From Callorhinchus milii (taxonomy: Eukaryota), in contig NW_024704743.1 of the NCBI RefSeq assembly GCF_018977255.1, positions 4,094,001-4,158,000 of the forward strand: DNA of 64,000 nucleotides, given 5' to 3'. Positions 23,473-36,766 of the stretch are shown here, in pieces; positions within the stretch are counted from its first letter, which is position 1; each line of letters opens with the position of its first letter. Under the pieces are notes generated by a model, which saw nothing but the letters and a program-made list of their open reading frames with translations, was not told the DNA's origin and ran no database searches. The translations under genes and the position numbers were made by a program.

Positions 23473-23791
23473 TAATAATAATAATCCTTGCATTTGATAT
23501 AGCGCTTTTCACGTCGGGAGGACGTCCCAAAGCGCTTCACAGAACACACTGTAAAGTGAATTGACTGTATATATGTGGGCGAACGCGGCAGCCAATTGCG
23601 CACAGCAATGTTCCACAAACAGTCGTAGATTGAAAATGACCAATTTATTATTGTTTTTGGTTTTGGAGGGATTATTATTAGGCTCTGTGTGGAGTAAGGA
23701 AACTTGCCCAAGGTTTCGCCCTCTGCCTGGAATTGAACTCAGGTCTCTCGCTTGCAAAGCGAGTGCTCTAACCACTGAGCTACAGGACTCC
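23473..23791 (-). mobile_element. Young tRNA(Ala)-derived SINE, short-body variant, full length
   Basis: Near-identical to 1159-1480. The head GGAGTCCTGTAGCTCAGTGGTTAGAGCACTCGC is on the minus strand. Confidence 0.92.
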
Positions 23792-24799
23792 ATGTCGGGG
23801 TCTTTGAGCTCCATGTCCCATGTCGGGGACTTTGAGCTCATAATCCAGGCTGACACTTCAGCGAAGTCCTGGAGAAGTGCCGAATTGTTGGAGTTGTCTT
23901 TAGCCAGAGGTTAATTAACGATTGAAACATGAATGGCGCTTGAAGCCAGGACACTGCACTTATTTTTAAAAAAAAACCAGCTCAAATAATAATAATATAT
24001 TAATATAATAGTGAGAGCAAACCATTCATTTCGCGGCTGTTTGTGATAATAATAAGCCTTGCATTTGATACAGTGCCTGATCACGTCTTCCGAGACGTCT
24101 CAAAGCGCTTCACAGGATATACTTGTAAAGTGTACATTGTGTATATTTTGTATATTTTGTGGGCAAAACGGGGCAGCCAATTGCGCACAGCAGTTGGCCT
24201 GATCGCACCATCTTGCTCCCCCTGTTTCAAACGAAAGCATTGGAAACAATTGAGAAAATCAATCCACAGTCACTACACTTTACAGTACGTCAGGTGAAAC
24301 GCTTCAAGGTGACCTTCTGACTTGAAAGACACGATATTAAATGCAAAGGTTATTGTTATTACATCACGGAAACAAAGCGAGAAAGATGTTAACGGACGTT
24401 AACTGATCCGTTCTCTGAATAAAGAAAAACTTCCCGGTGTCTGTCCTGAAATTGCCCTCTGCAAATCTAAATCTCTGTTCTCTTGTACTGCTGTCCTGCT
24501 GCATCCTAAAATATTGGTCTGTGTCTATTCTTTCATTCTATTTAAAATTGTGCACCTCTCTATGAGGTCTCCACTTAGATGTTGTTGACCAACAATAAAA
24601 TACACTTGTATAGCGCCTTTCACATCAGGAGGACGTCCCAAATCTCATTGATAGCTGTAGACAAGTCCTCTTATCTTGAAGCCAAAGCCCCTGTGTTGAT
24701 GAGTAGAGTGGTCCAAACCACGAAAGTGCCTTGTGACACCCACAAAATATAGAAACCAAGAAGGAAGCATGTTTCAGAGTATGTGGTGTCTTCTAACAC

Positions 24800-25050
24800 G
24801 CGTTCACTCTGGAACTCCGTTCCACATTCCCTTCGCCTCACTCCCTCCCCCTTGCCTCCTGCAAGGCACGCCTCAAGACCCTCCTCTTCGACCGTGCCTT
24901 CAGCCACCCTCCTTCCCCCTCCCTTGCCCTCTACCCTCCCCGATCCCGACCCCACACCCCCCCACCTCCCAGTTCGAATGCTAATCCCTAATCCCTGACT
25001 GTTCAGCGCCTCGGGACATCTTCCCGATGTGAAAGGCGCTATACAAGTGT
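24800..25050 (+). mobile_element. L2 LINE 3' end
   Basis: ctctggaactccgttccacattcccttcgcctc...ctcaagaccctcctcttcgaccgtgccttc followed by the terminal stem-loop. Confidence 0.8.
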
Positions 25051-25950
25051 CGGTTTGTATTGTATCAGTGAAGCTACTGTTGGTAAAAAATGAAATATGA
25101 TTTTCCGTGCTTATAACGAAAGAAATCCCACTTATAAAGGAAGGCAAAAATTTTGCTGCCGGTTAGGAAAAGGGGGTCCTTCGCCATATGGGAGGTTCCC
25201 ATTTAATTTGCTCCGATAATTAAATTCAATTTCTCTCTCCATACGCCTGGAAGCCTAATGCGTTTCAGCAGGATTTTACCACATGGAGTTCAGCTCAAGC
25301 CTTTGTTTGCCGGTCGGAGTCTTTATACGGGGAAGCTGAGTCATCAGCTGGGCTCTTAAGTTTTGAAATGTGGTAGCTATGTACACGGGTAAAAGCCCTG
25401 CAGCTACAAAAAGTGCCCGAGCAGAGGACACCGTGACACAGGCACTGGCTGACGGGCATCTCAACAAGAGCCGGAGACGAGAGGAAAGGAAAGGGCGAAA
25501 ATCCGCAATGTTCAACAGAACCGAATTATAAAAACAATGATACTTATAATAATAATAGTAATTCTGGGCAAGACGTGGATTAAGAGCGATGCCGGTGGTT
25601 TAAAGATTAAGAACCCCCCCAAAAAAAGAGAGAGAAACGTTTAGATCGACACACAAAAAAAACGGGGCCACGGTGGCTGGCATCTGAGCGGGAGTGTTTT
25701 ACAACGCCGCCCGTAAAATCTCAAGCTGTCGCTGGTTAATAGATCTCTGCGTGGCTGGGGTCGTGATTGCTAACTGCTGGACTATTAGTCACTGTCGTAG
25801 CTCTCAAGGCTGTCTCCCTGCTGTTGTCGCTGCTCGTTTGCTCTCAAACCCAATCCGGGGTTCCCACTGAGTGTTGGCAGTCACGTTACCTGTGATATTC
25901 CCTGCGGCCGTCTGTTGGTTTCGTTTCTTTTTTTGGCTGAAAATCAGAGC

Positions 25951-26260
25951 GGAAACTTGTAGCGTATTGGTTAGCTCGCCTCGCCTCGCAAGCAAGAGGA
26001 CGGGGGTTCGAGTCCTGGGCGAGGAGAAACTTTAGGCGAGTTTGCTTACGCCGCACACCTCTCGGGTTACCTAGCAGTAAGTAGGGAAGTAGGGAACTCG
26101 ATCTACGACTGTTTGGGACGCTGCTGTGCGCAAATTGGCTGCCGCGTTTGGCCCACGAAATACACGGTCAATCGGTTTTACAGTATATTCCGTGAAGCGC
26201 TTTGCGACGTCTCAATGACGCGATGAGGCGCTGTATCAATGCAAGGAATAATATTATTAT
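25951..26260 (+). mobile_element. tRNA-derived SINE, long-body variant, diverged
   Basis: Decayed A box, B box gggttcgagtcc, body and tail all match the family. Confidence 0.85.
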
Positions 26261-26964
26261 CACTGCATTTTGCAATCAATTCCAAGAGAAGGTTCGAGAC
26301 TTCCACCTGATGTGAAAGGCGCTATACCAAATCCAAGGATTATTGTTATCGTCCGGCTCACATAAATGATAGAACCTCTTCTGTAGGATAAAACTGAAAT
26401 GAGTTGCAAAGCACTAATACGTCGATGTTCTCATAAAAGCCAGAGTTACGAGACCAAAGTTTGCGCTGGTGAATCAAGTCAACTCAACCTTGAAATACGT
26501 TACTGTTGTGGAGCTCATTTCAAACCTGCGTTACAAACAAACAATGATTACAATAATACCAAGTGTGATCCATCCCACCATTGGCAGGCAAGCTTTCGGC
26601 TATTCTGCCCCCACCACCCCTCTGATCCGCTCCCTTGCTCCCTCCCCGCATTCGGAGCCCGCCTCAAGACTTACCTCTTTCTCCTCCCGACCCTCTTAAG
26701 TCAAGTTGTCAGCCAGCGGTGCGAAGCTTTTGAGTGGACCTCCTGCTGTATAAATGCAAATGATATTGTATTTGCAGTGCATCGATATTGATCTCCATTT
26801 CGCGGCTTGTTACAAGTAAATTGAGTGTCGCCAGCTCAGGAGGTAAGTTTAGAGGAAGAAAGTGGTTCACCAATTCCTTCCACAAAAGCCACCCTTTCCC
26901 TTTTCCCAAGACATCATCGGGTTCTTTGTTGTACGTCCGGTCCACTGACCTCAACCACTCTTCC

Positions 26965-27345
26965 TGGTAACCTGTTGACTATCCTTTGAATGAAGAAACA
27001 ACCCTGTAGGTAGGTATCTGTCCTAAACCCAAATTGCTCTTCACATCCCTGAAGGTGTGCCCTCTTGCACTGCTGCCTTGTTGCATCTCAAAGTATTCTT
27101 TGAGGATTATTCTGTGTGTGCATTCTATTAAGTACCAATGCTTTGAGATGCTGTCCTGCCTTGAAGAATGCCACATAAATGCAAGTTGTTGTTCTAACTC
27201 AGTTACCTCTATCAGGCGCCCTTTGAGATGATTCTTTTGAAGGCTGAAAAGCCTAAGCTTATGCAAGGGTTCCTCAAACTCAACCCTCCACCAAGTGGCG
27301 ATCACCCTTGTTGCTCTCCTCTGCCCTGCCTGTAGTGTCCGCACG
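26965..27345 (-). mobile_element. Decayed CR1 ORF2 3' fragment with an inserted tail-only element
   Basis: Peptide QRRATRVI...FEEPLHKLRLFSLQKNHLKGRLIEV...ARGH is typical of CR1. Confidence 0.75.
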
Positions 27346-29629
27346 GACCCTTAAGCGCTGACGACAAGGACTCTTTGCGATGCCCGATCAATGAACTGCG
27401 CAGCTGAACTGCTGGAGATTGCAGCTGAACTGACATAGCAATGCAGCCCAGCATCCCATTTGCCTTCACACTGTGCGGACACTGTGAGAAGCCGTGATCT
27501 CTTTCGACGTCCTACTCCGCGGTTCCCTCATCAGTCGAGAGCGTTCGCCTTCAACCTTCGCTTGCTGTCTTGAATACTGATGTGCTTATAAAATGGTTAC
27601 TGTCTTTACCGAGTGTCACCCGAAGCGCCTTCATTCAAAGCAGGAAATGCGAGGCTAAAGTACACTATTCGCTCGGTAAACAATAATAAATTGGTCACTT
27701 TCAATCCGCGGCTGTTTGCGGGGACGCTGCTGTGTGCAATTGGCTGCCGCGTTTCGCCCACAAATATACAGTCAATTCACTTTACAGCATATTCTGTGAA
27801 GCGCTTTGAGACGTCGAGAAGACGTGATAAGGCGCTATATCAAATGCAAGGATTATTATTATTGTTGTGCTTTCAACTACTAAGCCACGACCCTCTGGAA
27901 CTAACTCCCTGCCTTAATTTCTTTGCCCATCTTCAGCTCTCAGCCGAAGACTTCCCTCTTCGACTGTGCCTTCGGTCACCTCTCCTTTCTCCCTGACCCG
28001 GCGACAGACTAGACCCTTATTAAGCGTAAAGAGACACTAGCCCGCCTGAAGGGCGCTGCGTAAATGCAAGTTGTTGCTGTTGTTGTTCTTGAGGGTTTAA
28101 CAGGATTCCTGCTCAGATCCCCAACCATCGATGTAGCAGTTGATTCCAAATCCGAAATGGAGGGTTTGATTTAATTAGCATTTGAAGTGCAGTTTGAAGG
28201 ATACAACAGCTCTTTGATACACAAGCTGCTGTGGTGCTGCACGGATGTAAACTCCCCCCCATCTGAGAAATGTATGCAAAATTGCATGGGGTTGTAACAA
28301 GATTACTATGTGCCTGAAGAGCTCGGTAGGAAGGAAAATAACAAGAGTTCAAACAGCAGACGGGAATGAAAAGGCTGCAGGATCATCAGTGGGTTTGAAG
28401 CACTGACTGCGGAAAGCCTTTTCTGAAGAGCTGATTACTTTAATTATATAGCGCTGAATTGTGCGAGACAACCTGTAGGGAACAGAACATTTGTATTCAA
28501 AGCAATGGGGGTCCCTGTCCGAAATAATTGCGCTGAAAGAATTAACCAGATTGTGTCTGTTACGCGTGGGACGGCAACTAAAGAGTACGGATTCCTTTGG
28601 TAAAGTATTGGAGATGCTGCGCTGCCCAGATCCGTAGCCCTGTCAGCTGGTAAGACCGTCGACACGGACGGGTGATGCTGATCTATCTCGCAGCGTTCAG
28701 GCCAAATCGCTCAGCGATCGTGAATGACAGTGATCAGATCAACTCAATTCGTCTTCATCCTGAAACCAGGGCTCCACCTGTGTACGCTACACACACGCAG
28801 GGGAAAAACACACCTACGATGGAATCCGGGTTCTCTTCCCCACAGGGACGCCCCTTCGCTTACCTAATTCCGTAAAGCATTGGGTGCAAATCGGTGAGAG
28901 TCAGAGCCAAGGCTCGGGGACCCCCAGCGTGTGCTTTGAGGGGGCATTGCTGGTGTGCAAAAATAATCATCTTCGCGTTTGATACGGCGCCTTGTCCCAT
29001 CATCAAGACGTCTCACAGCGCTTCACAGGATATACAGTCAAGATACTGTGTATTTTGAGGGTGAATCCAGCTAAACATTTTGTCACAGAGAGCCCTGCCT
29101 GGCAAGCTTTTTCCGCAGCTTGGCCGGGCAGGACTTTGGCTCGCAGAGTTGAGTGGGAAGAATTCTGTTCTCCCTTCCCACATCTGTAAGCGAACATCTA
29201 ACCTCACTGGTTGGTAAATTTACTGACCTTGGTGAACAAAAAGAGTTCTGTCTCTCCGAACTGTGCCTTCAACTGCCTCCCCAGTGACACCCACCCCCTT
29301 CTATCCCCTTCTCCCAGCTCTGGCTATTTCACCGTCTTTGAAAAGTGCTTTAAGATGTTCTCACTACGTGAAAGGCGCTATATTAAATGCAAATCGCTGT
29401 TGAAATACGGCGGGTACCAGCAGCAGTGCCTTTCTGAGCTGACTTCACCCGTCTGAAGGCATCATAATTCACCCTCAGCGCAGGGGCAAGCGAATGAGTT
29501 ATGTGGCTTTGCTCACATCGGAAATGAAAGTACTGTAGTGAGACGCTGTTCGCTTCCTATTTACTGTGCAAATAGCAGAGGGGCTTTGAGAAGGTTCTGC
29601 AATGGATGCCCAGCCAGCAGTGTAAACAC

Positions 29630-29708
29630 TTAATAGCAAACGCTTGCATTTACGTAGGACCTTTCACGCAAGTAGAGTCTTAACAATGGCGGAGTTTGAC
29701 TCTGAGCC

Positions 29709-29739
<31 letters not shown>

Positions 29740-30020
29740 GATCGTAGGCGTAGTCGACGAGCAAGCTCTTCTGGGTGTGATCTGTAAATGGGCGAGGCAG
29801 AGGGATCGAGGCAGAGAGTTCCAGAGGCTCAGGGCACAGCTGCCAAGAAAACACGGCTGCCAACGGCGGAGCGGAAGGGTTGAGTGACGTGCAGAAGGCT
29901 GGAGCCAGCTCTCTACACGAAGGGGTCGGGTAGAGAAGCGCGGTGTAAAGCACGTCAGGGAGGTGGGAAGCTGCCAGGACGTGAAGTGGTTTGTAACGGC
30001 GCGCGAGAATCCTGAAATGA
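29630..30020 (-). mobile_element. Old L2 LINE 3' fragment containing a (GA)n tract at ~29708-29733
   Basis: Peptide CALSLWNSLP and L2 3' motifs on the minus strand. Confidence 0.65.
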
Positions 30021-33000
30021 ATCCGCTCTGCAATCTGCGCTCTCTGAGACGTCGTCCCGGAAAGGCGCTAGATAAGTGTAAATTTTGCACAACGTTTTAT
30101 TTTGTGGTAAGTTTGATGGTATCGTATTGTTTTGGGTTGTCCTTTTCGACCTGGGCGTCGTCCTCAAAACTACGGACTTGTCCTTTAACGCAGTCACTTC
30201 TCCGTCGCGTTTTTGTAATCACGACTTTGTTTTTGCACGTTACCCGGTGGGTTTTTTTCAGTCGTGCAAGCCAAGCTTATTTGGGGGATTATTTTGCTAT
30301 CGAAAGATAGCTCGCGGGACATTTCTTTTCTTGACATTGCGCTCCACTTGGCTCCTCGCGTTCAGCCAACCAGGGAAGCCTTGGTCAGCAGAAGGTTAAA
30401 AGACCGTTAACCTTGTACATCCGGACGAGAGGGCAGGGAAACCGGGAGCTCTGTTGTCGGTGGACGGGGAAATCATTCTGTTAAGCCGCCCCAACGTTCA
30501 GTTGTCTCAGCCGGGTGAGGCCAATCGGATCGAAACGCCCGCCTTAATTTGCTCCGCTTGCAACTGAGCCAAAAGGCTAATGGTTAACGATAACTGCACA
30601 ACGTCGACAACTTGCATTCCTATAACGCCCTGTTTTAGAGGTGCTGCACAATGGGAGCAGAGAATTGTTCCCCCGAAAACGTTTTGCCCATCATCGGCAA
30701 AGGTTTTGTGTGGGAGGGCGAATTTAATAATAATAATAAGCTTTCCTGCTGCTTGTCCAGTTAGGACCACCCTGACCCATCAGGGCTTTGGCTCGCAGGG
30801 TTAACAGAAGCTGAGGGCGATGATACCCTTCCATCCTTCTGCCCTGGAGTACTAAGGTCCCGTCTGGCTCAGGAACCAGACTACAGGGGTCTGACACAGA
30901 GGGCTGGCTCGATTCTGGCATTGCGTTGCCAAACACGACAACACGTAGCCAGTTCAGCTCCAAGGAGACCTTCCTCTGGTACTGATAATGTTCCTTTCCT
31001 CCATAGAAAGGATCCATCTCCAGGCAGAGATTATTATATTTCAATAAAGGAGGAAACAACGGCCTGGCTTCAAACTGCAGGAGGTTCCTTTGCAACGTTC
31101 TGCTTAATATGTGAGATTATTTTCCTAACTGGGAAGCTCACCCAAGCAGCACGTTTTCTGCAGCCAGATATAGAACTGGGTCCTTACAGTAAGATGCAAA
31201 TGTCTTCTCCAAAATACTTAATTTCTAATAATTACAGACCTTAAGCAACAAATGCGGTATTTTAGTTTCGAGTTCAACCTAATTTTGACGTCTGAAATGG
31301 GAAAGGGATTGAACTCTTTGAGACAATTTTCTATTTTCTCCTGCTGTGAGTGGTGGGGAAGAGAGGTGAGGGGAGGGGGGAGAGGTTTAAAATTGATTTT
31401 TACTCACTCTCGCCCTCTCTCGCCCCTTCGACCCAAATCTGGTATTGTTTCTTGGATCAGACGTTAAATTGAGGTCCCGTCCGCCTGTTCCTTGGACGTT
31501 AAAGATCCCATGGGCACGATTCAAAAGAGAGAAGGGAGTTCTCTCTCCCAGTTTCCTGGTCGACAATCCTTCAGATAATATTGGCCACTTACTTCATCGC
31601 TGTTTTTGTTTGCGGGACTTTGCTACGCGTATATCGGCCACCACATTCGCCTACAAAATACACGGTCACCGCACTTTACGGTGTATCCTGTGAAGCGGTT
31701 TGAAGTATCCTCCCGACGTGAAAGGCCCTATATAGCAAATGTTAAGCATTATTGCTGTTTGAATGATTTATCAGCGGGATTTGAACTCAAAACTTTCTAA
31801 TCCCAAGTGTGATATGCAATTAAACTGAGCTACCTGCGATGCTAATTTAGCTCTATAAGGTACCAGTTAACGCTAGGGAAATCATTCATCTTGGCTGTAA
31901 ATGCCTAACTCTGACTTTTTAAAATCTTGTACTATAACAATTTTTTATTTTTTTTTCTGGGCGCTTTCACTCTGTACGGCTGGCAATGACTAATGTCTAA
32001 CAAGTGGCTCAGCGCAAAGTGGGAATCACTTGCGTTTCGATTTCCTTGTGGACGCTGGCATCGTAAACACCTTTCCGACTGTGTAAGCGAGCGTGTGTTA
32101 CGGGTTGTGTTGCGTTCTCTCCGCGCTGGCAACAGACTGAAAGCTCCCGTTGTGCAGAAAATTCAACCCACAGCGAATCTAAAGATGCAAAGCCTTTCCA
32201 CTGGGTAACGACAGAGTTGCTCTCTTTCTCTCTCTCTCTCTCCCTCTCTCTGCGTACTGTAATGGACAGCAGACACTTTGCACGGCAGCTGAGAAGCCAG
32301 CACGCTATTAGAGAACAAACAGCTAGCTACTAACGTGTTCGTATCACTGAAGGGCAAATAATTGTACCATTCACTCCCAACACGTGCTGTGCCTTCAATC
32401 GAACGAAGGGTAAAAAAAAACTGAGCCAGAATCCAGTTTCATGCGTGTTTTTGAGTTGATATAATGATGCGCTGCTTTGTCAGAGGTGCCGTCCTTCAGA
32501 ATGAGACACTTAACTGCCTGATCGATTGGACATTAAAAGATCCCATGGGACCGTATGAAAAGAGAAAGGTGAGTTTCTCCCGAATGTCCTGGCCAATGAT
32601 TCCCGAGAGATCGCCTTCCCCCCAGCTTCTGGTTGAACTGAGCTCCAAGGTGACACGCGTGGCAATGGAAGGTCGGAATTGAGCCAGCCCTCTGTGGCGG
32701 TCTCGGAAGTCCGGTTCCTGAGCCGGGCGTACTCGCGGTCCTCCTGAACACTGCCGACGACAGCGGAGCCGGCCTGGCTCGTCGGCAGGACTTGGGAAGA
32801 GCAGACCGCTCATTATAATCCTTAGAGCAGCCTCTTCCTCGAGAAGGTGTGTCTACATTTCCTTACAGATGTGATTCGACTTGTGGTGTTCTTCAAAGCG
32901 TGGTCTAATTTAGCGCCGGTAGTTAAATCACAGGACGTTCCACGATGACACTTCAGGAATACTGGAAATTTTTCACGAACCTTTCAAGGACTCGGACGTC

Positions 33001-35789
33001 AACATAAGGTTCGATCATGGCCTCCCCAGGCTCCAAAGGACATTGAGCAAGGAAGACAGGGGAGGTAACCTTTGGTGGGAGAAGATTGTGGGTTCAAGTC
33101 TCACGTCAGGGCTTTGAACTCGACAGTCCAGGCTGACACACGCAGTGCATGGCTGGGGGCAGTACTGTATTATCGGAGGTGCCGTGCTAAATGAGAACGT
33201 TAAGTTCAGGTCCCGGTAAAGATCCCATGGCATTACCTGAAAAGAGAAGGGAGTTTCTCCCAAAGTCCTGGCCTACAATCCCCAAGCTAAACTTGGTCAT
33301 GGCTGTTGGTGGGATATTAATATGCACAAATTGGCTGCTGGGTTTTTAGCCTACAAAATATACACTTTGTGAAGCATTTTGCGACATTAATAATAATAAT
33401 AATATACTGTAAAGTGAATTGGCTGTACATTTTGAGGAGGAAACATTCTTCGATATCAATTGCAAGTACGGTATTAATATCGTTGTTCTACGTGACCAAC
33501 GGCCCACGAATTGGGCAAGGTACTGAGAAACAAACAGCTGCTCTAAAGCCTCATCCTAATGGAGAGGAAAAGGAAACAAACACCTCTTTGCAGAGTTGAG
33601 GATCGGGAGGAAATTAGCCGAGACATAGGAGTGAGAAGGAAAAGGAAATGGAGGAAATCCCATGTTTCCCAGGTGTACAAAATCCGCGAGAGGGCCACAA
33701 GACTGATAAACAGACAGCTATAGTGTTTCAGTGTCAAGTCGACAGACTGTGCAGCACTTTAGAGCCACACATAATGTGCGCTGTGTCAAGGGGCACATTA
33801 CATCAAGTGTTTTATGTGGTTTCTTTGCTCGTGAGGAAGCAGTAAACATTACCGCAATTCAATTTCAGTTTAAAATGTATTCTAGAAATCACAGTTTACA
33901 GATTACACCTGCAGTAAATGTTGTCATTACTGTTGAAGACCGGGATCATTACCATGGGCGCAGAAAACCAGCATTCAGAAATAATAAAGGATTTCACGGT
34001 AAAATAACATGGCTTGGTGTCAGAGAGGTGATTGGAGCAACAACAGAGATTTTGTATAACCAACGTTGATTAAAAAAAACATCTTGGCTGTTAAAGCTTG
34101 CAAAAAAGGAACGAAATGAACAAAAAAGGTTGCCACCTGCTGGCATTGCTTAAGGTGACCCTTAAATAAGTTAAGCCACTCCAGGTTATACATCAAATTT
34201 GACCCCCTTTGTTGCTGTGGAGGAAGTTCTTTCAATAGACTTGTCACTGAACGGACAAGAACACATTTGTTTCCTTTATGTTTCATTTATTTTGCTTTCC
34301 ACCAAACCTGAAGTCCCTACCCTCGTCCCTTCATCACACACTCTTATCATTAGTAATGATAATATATAATAATAATCCTCTCATTTGATACAGGGCCTTA
34401 TCACGTCTTCGAGACGTCTCGAAGCGCTTCACAGAATCTACTGTAAAGCGAATTGACTGTGTATTTATAATCCCTGTATTTGGTATAGTCCTTCATCACA
34501 TCATCAAGATGCTTCGCAGGATTTTTTACTGCAAAGTGTAGTGACTGTGTGTTTTGTAGGTTTTGTGGCAGTCAATTTGCACACAGCAATGTCCCTCAAA
34601 CAGCCATAGAGTGAGTGACCAGTTTGACCTGGAGGCTGGGACACCAACAAACAGGACTGTGGTGAAGGTTCAGCCTGAACTATGAGCTCAAAGTCCCAGT
34701 GTGGGGCAGTCAAAACAGTCGTTGGGATTGAATCGTTTGGTATCATTGACACCCTGCAGGGCGATCGAACATCACAGTTCATTCCAGTTGCTGAGAGGTC
34801 CGTTGTTCCCGTGCCTGTACATAAGAAATATATACAGAGACACAGAGACATAGAGCGAGGGGGTGGGGGGTGAGGACTTGAGAGAGACTGAGAGAGAGAG
34901 AGAGAGAGAGATACACATACAGAGACTGAGAGAGAGAGAGACAGACAGAAAGAGAGTATATTTTCGCCCACAATACACACAGTCAATTCACTTTACAGTA
35001 TATTCTGTGAAGCGCTTTGAATCGCCTCAAAGATGTGATAAGGCGCTGTATCAAATGCAAGGATGACTATTAATAATATAAGTAGATTTGAATGTGAAGA
35101 GGAGGGGGTGTTGGGAGGGGGAGAGGTGACGGAGAGCAATTTGATGGGTGGTGGGGGGTGGTGTGTGTGGGGGGGGAAGGGGATTAAGAATTTAAATAAA
35201 TAATAATAATCATTTGGTCACTCAATCCACGGTTGTAAATAAATAATAAGAGGAATAGGAAGAATAATGATGATAATAATAATAATATAATAGTAATAAT
35301 AAAGGGATTAAGAAGCCTTAGTGTCTCCTTGAAGAGTGAAGGCAGGGTTTGTTTTTAGAAGCAGATTGTAGCCGAGTGGTATAATTGATCCTCTGACTTC
35401 CGTTATGGACAAGATAAATGACTTGCCCCAGGGTGAAATTAGAAATAGAGAGGAACAGCTGATCCTATTTGAACCAGACTGTAGTATCTTCCGGCACTAC
35501 AGTAATATCCACATATGTGCTGCCAGATTGCCTGAGATCCTTAGTTGGCTGCGTACCGTTCCTGCTTTTACACCGTCGCAATCATCGGTTGTTAAAAACG
35601 AGGCCTGTTATCTAAAATCCATAAACTTATCAGCAACCTCTCATGAGGTTTCTGACAGATTTACAGAAGGCCGGGCCACTCGAGTAATAAATAATGTGCA
35701 AATGTTCATCTCAGTGTGTTTGCGGTATATATATAAAAAAAAACCATTCAGGAACCACTCCCTCCTCGCTGTCCGGGTAATCTCAGATT

Positions 35790-36228
35790 GTCCTCTGGCT
35801 CTGGTCTGCTCTACGTCCCCCGCCCCAACCGCCCTACCATCGGTGGCCGGGCCTTCAGCCTCTCAGCCCCGAGGCTCTGGAACTCCATCCCCCAGTGCCT
35901 TCGCCGCTTCCTCCCTTTCCTCCTTCAAGGCCGGTCTCAAAACCTTTCTCTTTGACCGTGCCTTCAGCTCCCCTCTCGACTCTCTTCCCACTCCTCGCTC
36001 CCTCCCTTCCCTCCCCTCACCCTGACCATTTCCCCCTCCTTGCTCCCTCCCTTCCCTCCCCTCACCCTGACCATTTCCCCCCTCCTTGCTCCCTCCCTTC
36101 CCTCCCCTCACCCTGACCATTTCCCCCCTGCTCGGGTCATGACCCAACTGTGCAGCGCCTTGGGACGTCCTCCTGACGTGAAAGGCGCTTTATAAATGGA
36201 ATCTTGTTGTTGTTGTTGTTGTTGTTGT
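35790..36228 (+). mobile_element. Young L2 LINE 3' end with 3 copies of a ~45-bp 3'UTR unit
   Basis: Near-identical to 2925-3255. Contains the GGGTCATGACCC palindrome, the terminal stem-loop and (TTG)n. Confidence 0.9.
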
Positions 36229-36766
36229 TTTCCTCTCTTCCCACGCGCTGCGCTGTGGCTGCGAGGTTAACGCACGTGATGCCATTCGACGCAAGGTTGG
36301 AGATATTGCAGATTGAATCGTCATGAATCCCCCCCCCCCCCCCCCCACTCTGAGCAACGTGCGCCTAGAATAATTTGGTCACTCAATCCACGACTGTTTT
36401 GCGGGACGCTGCCGGGCGCAATTGACCGCCGCGTTTCGCCCGTAAAGTACACGGCGACCAGACTTTACAGTATATTCTGTGAAGCGCTTTGAGACGTCTC
36501 AATGGCACGATATCAAATGCAAGGATTATGACTGCCTACAAATAAAGAGTCACGCATTTATCGTAATGTGCTCTTAGATGGTTTAACGATGTGATAAAAT
36601 GCTGCATCAAATGCAAGGCTCAGTTTTAATACTACTGTGCATTCAGGAGTTCCATTGAACAGTAGATAGGTGCCCTTTTTAATGCTTAAAATTTGGCGAA
36701 TCCCATGACACTGTTTGAGGAGAAAAGCAAGTTTTTCTCAGCGTCCTGACTAACCATCCTCAAGAT

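Noticed and set aside
23791..23840. Short direct duplication catgtcgggg.ctttgagctc next to a SINE head
   Set aside because: It is a small local duplication within a decayed Deu-SINE and does not flank the young SINE on both sides, so it is not a target-site duplication.
35405..36025. 206-aa ORF
   Set aside because: The 3' third is an off-frame reading of an L2 end, and the 5' part has no recognisable domain or convincing exon structure.
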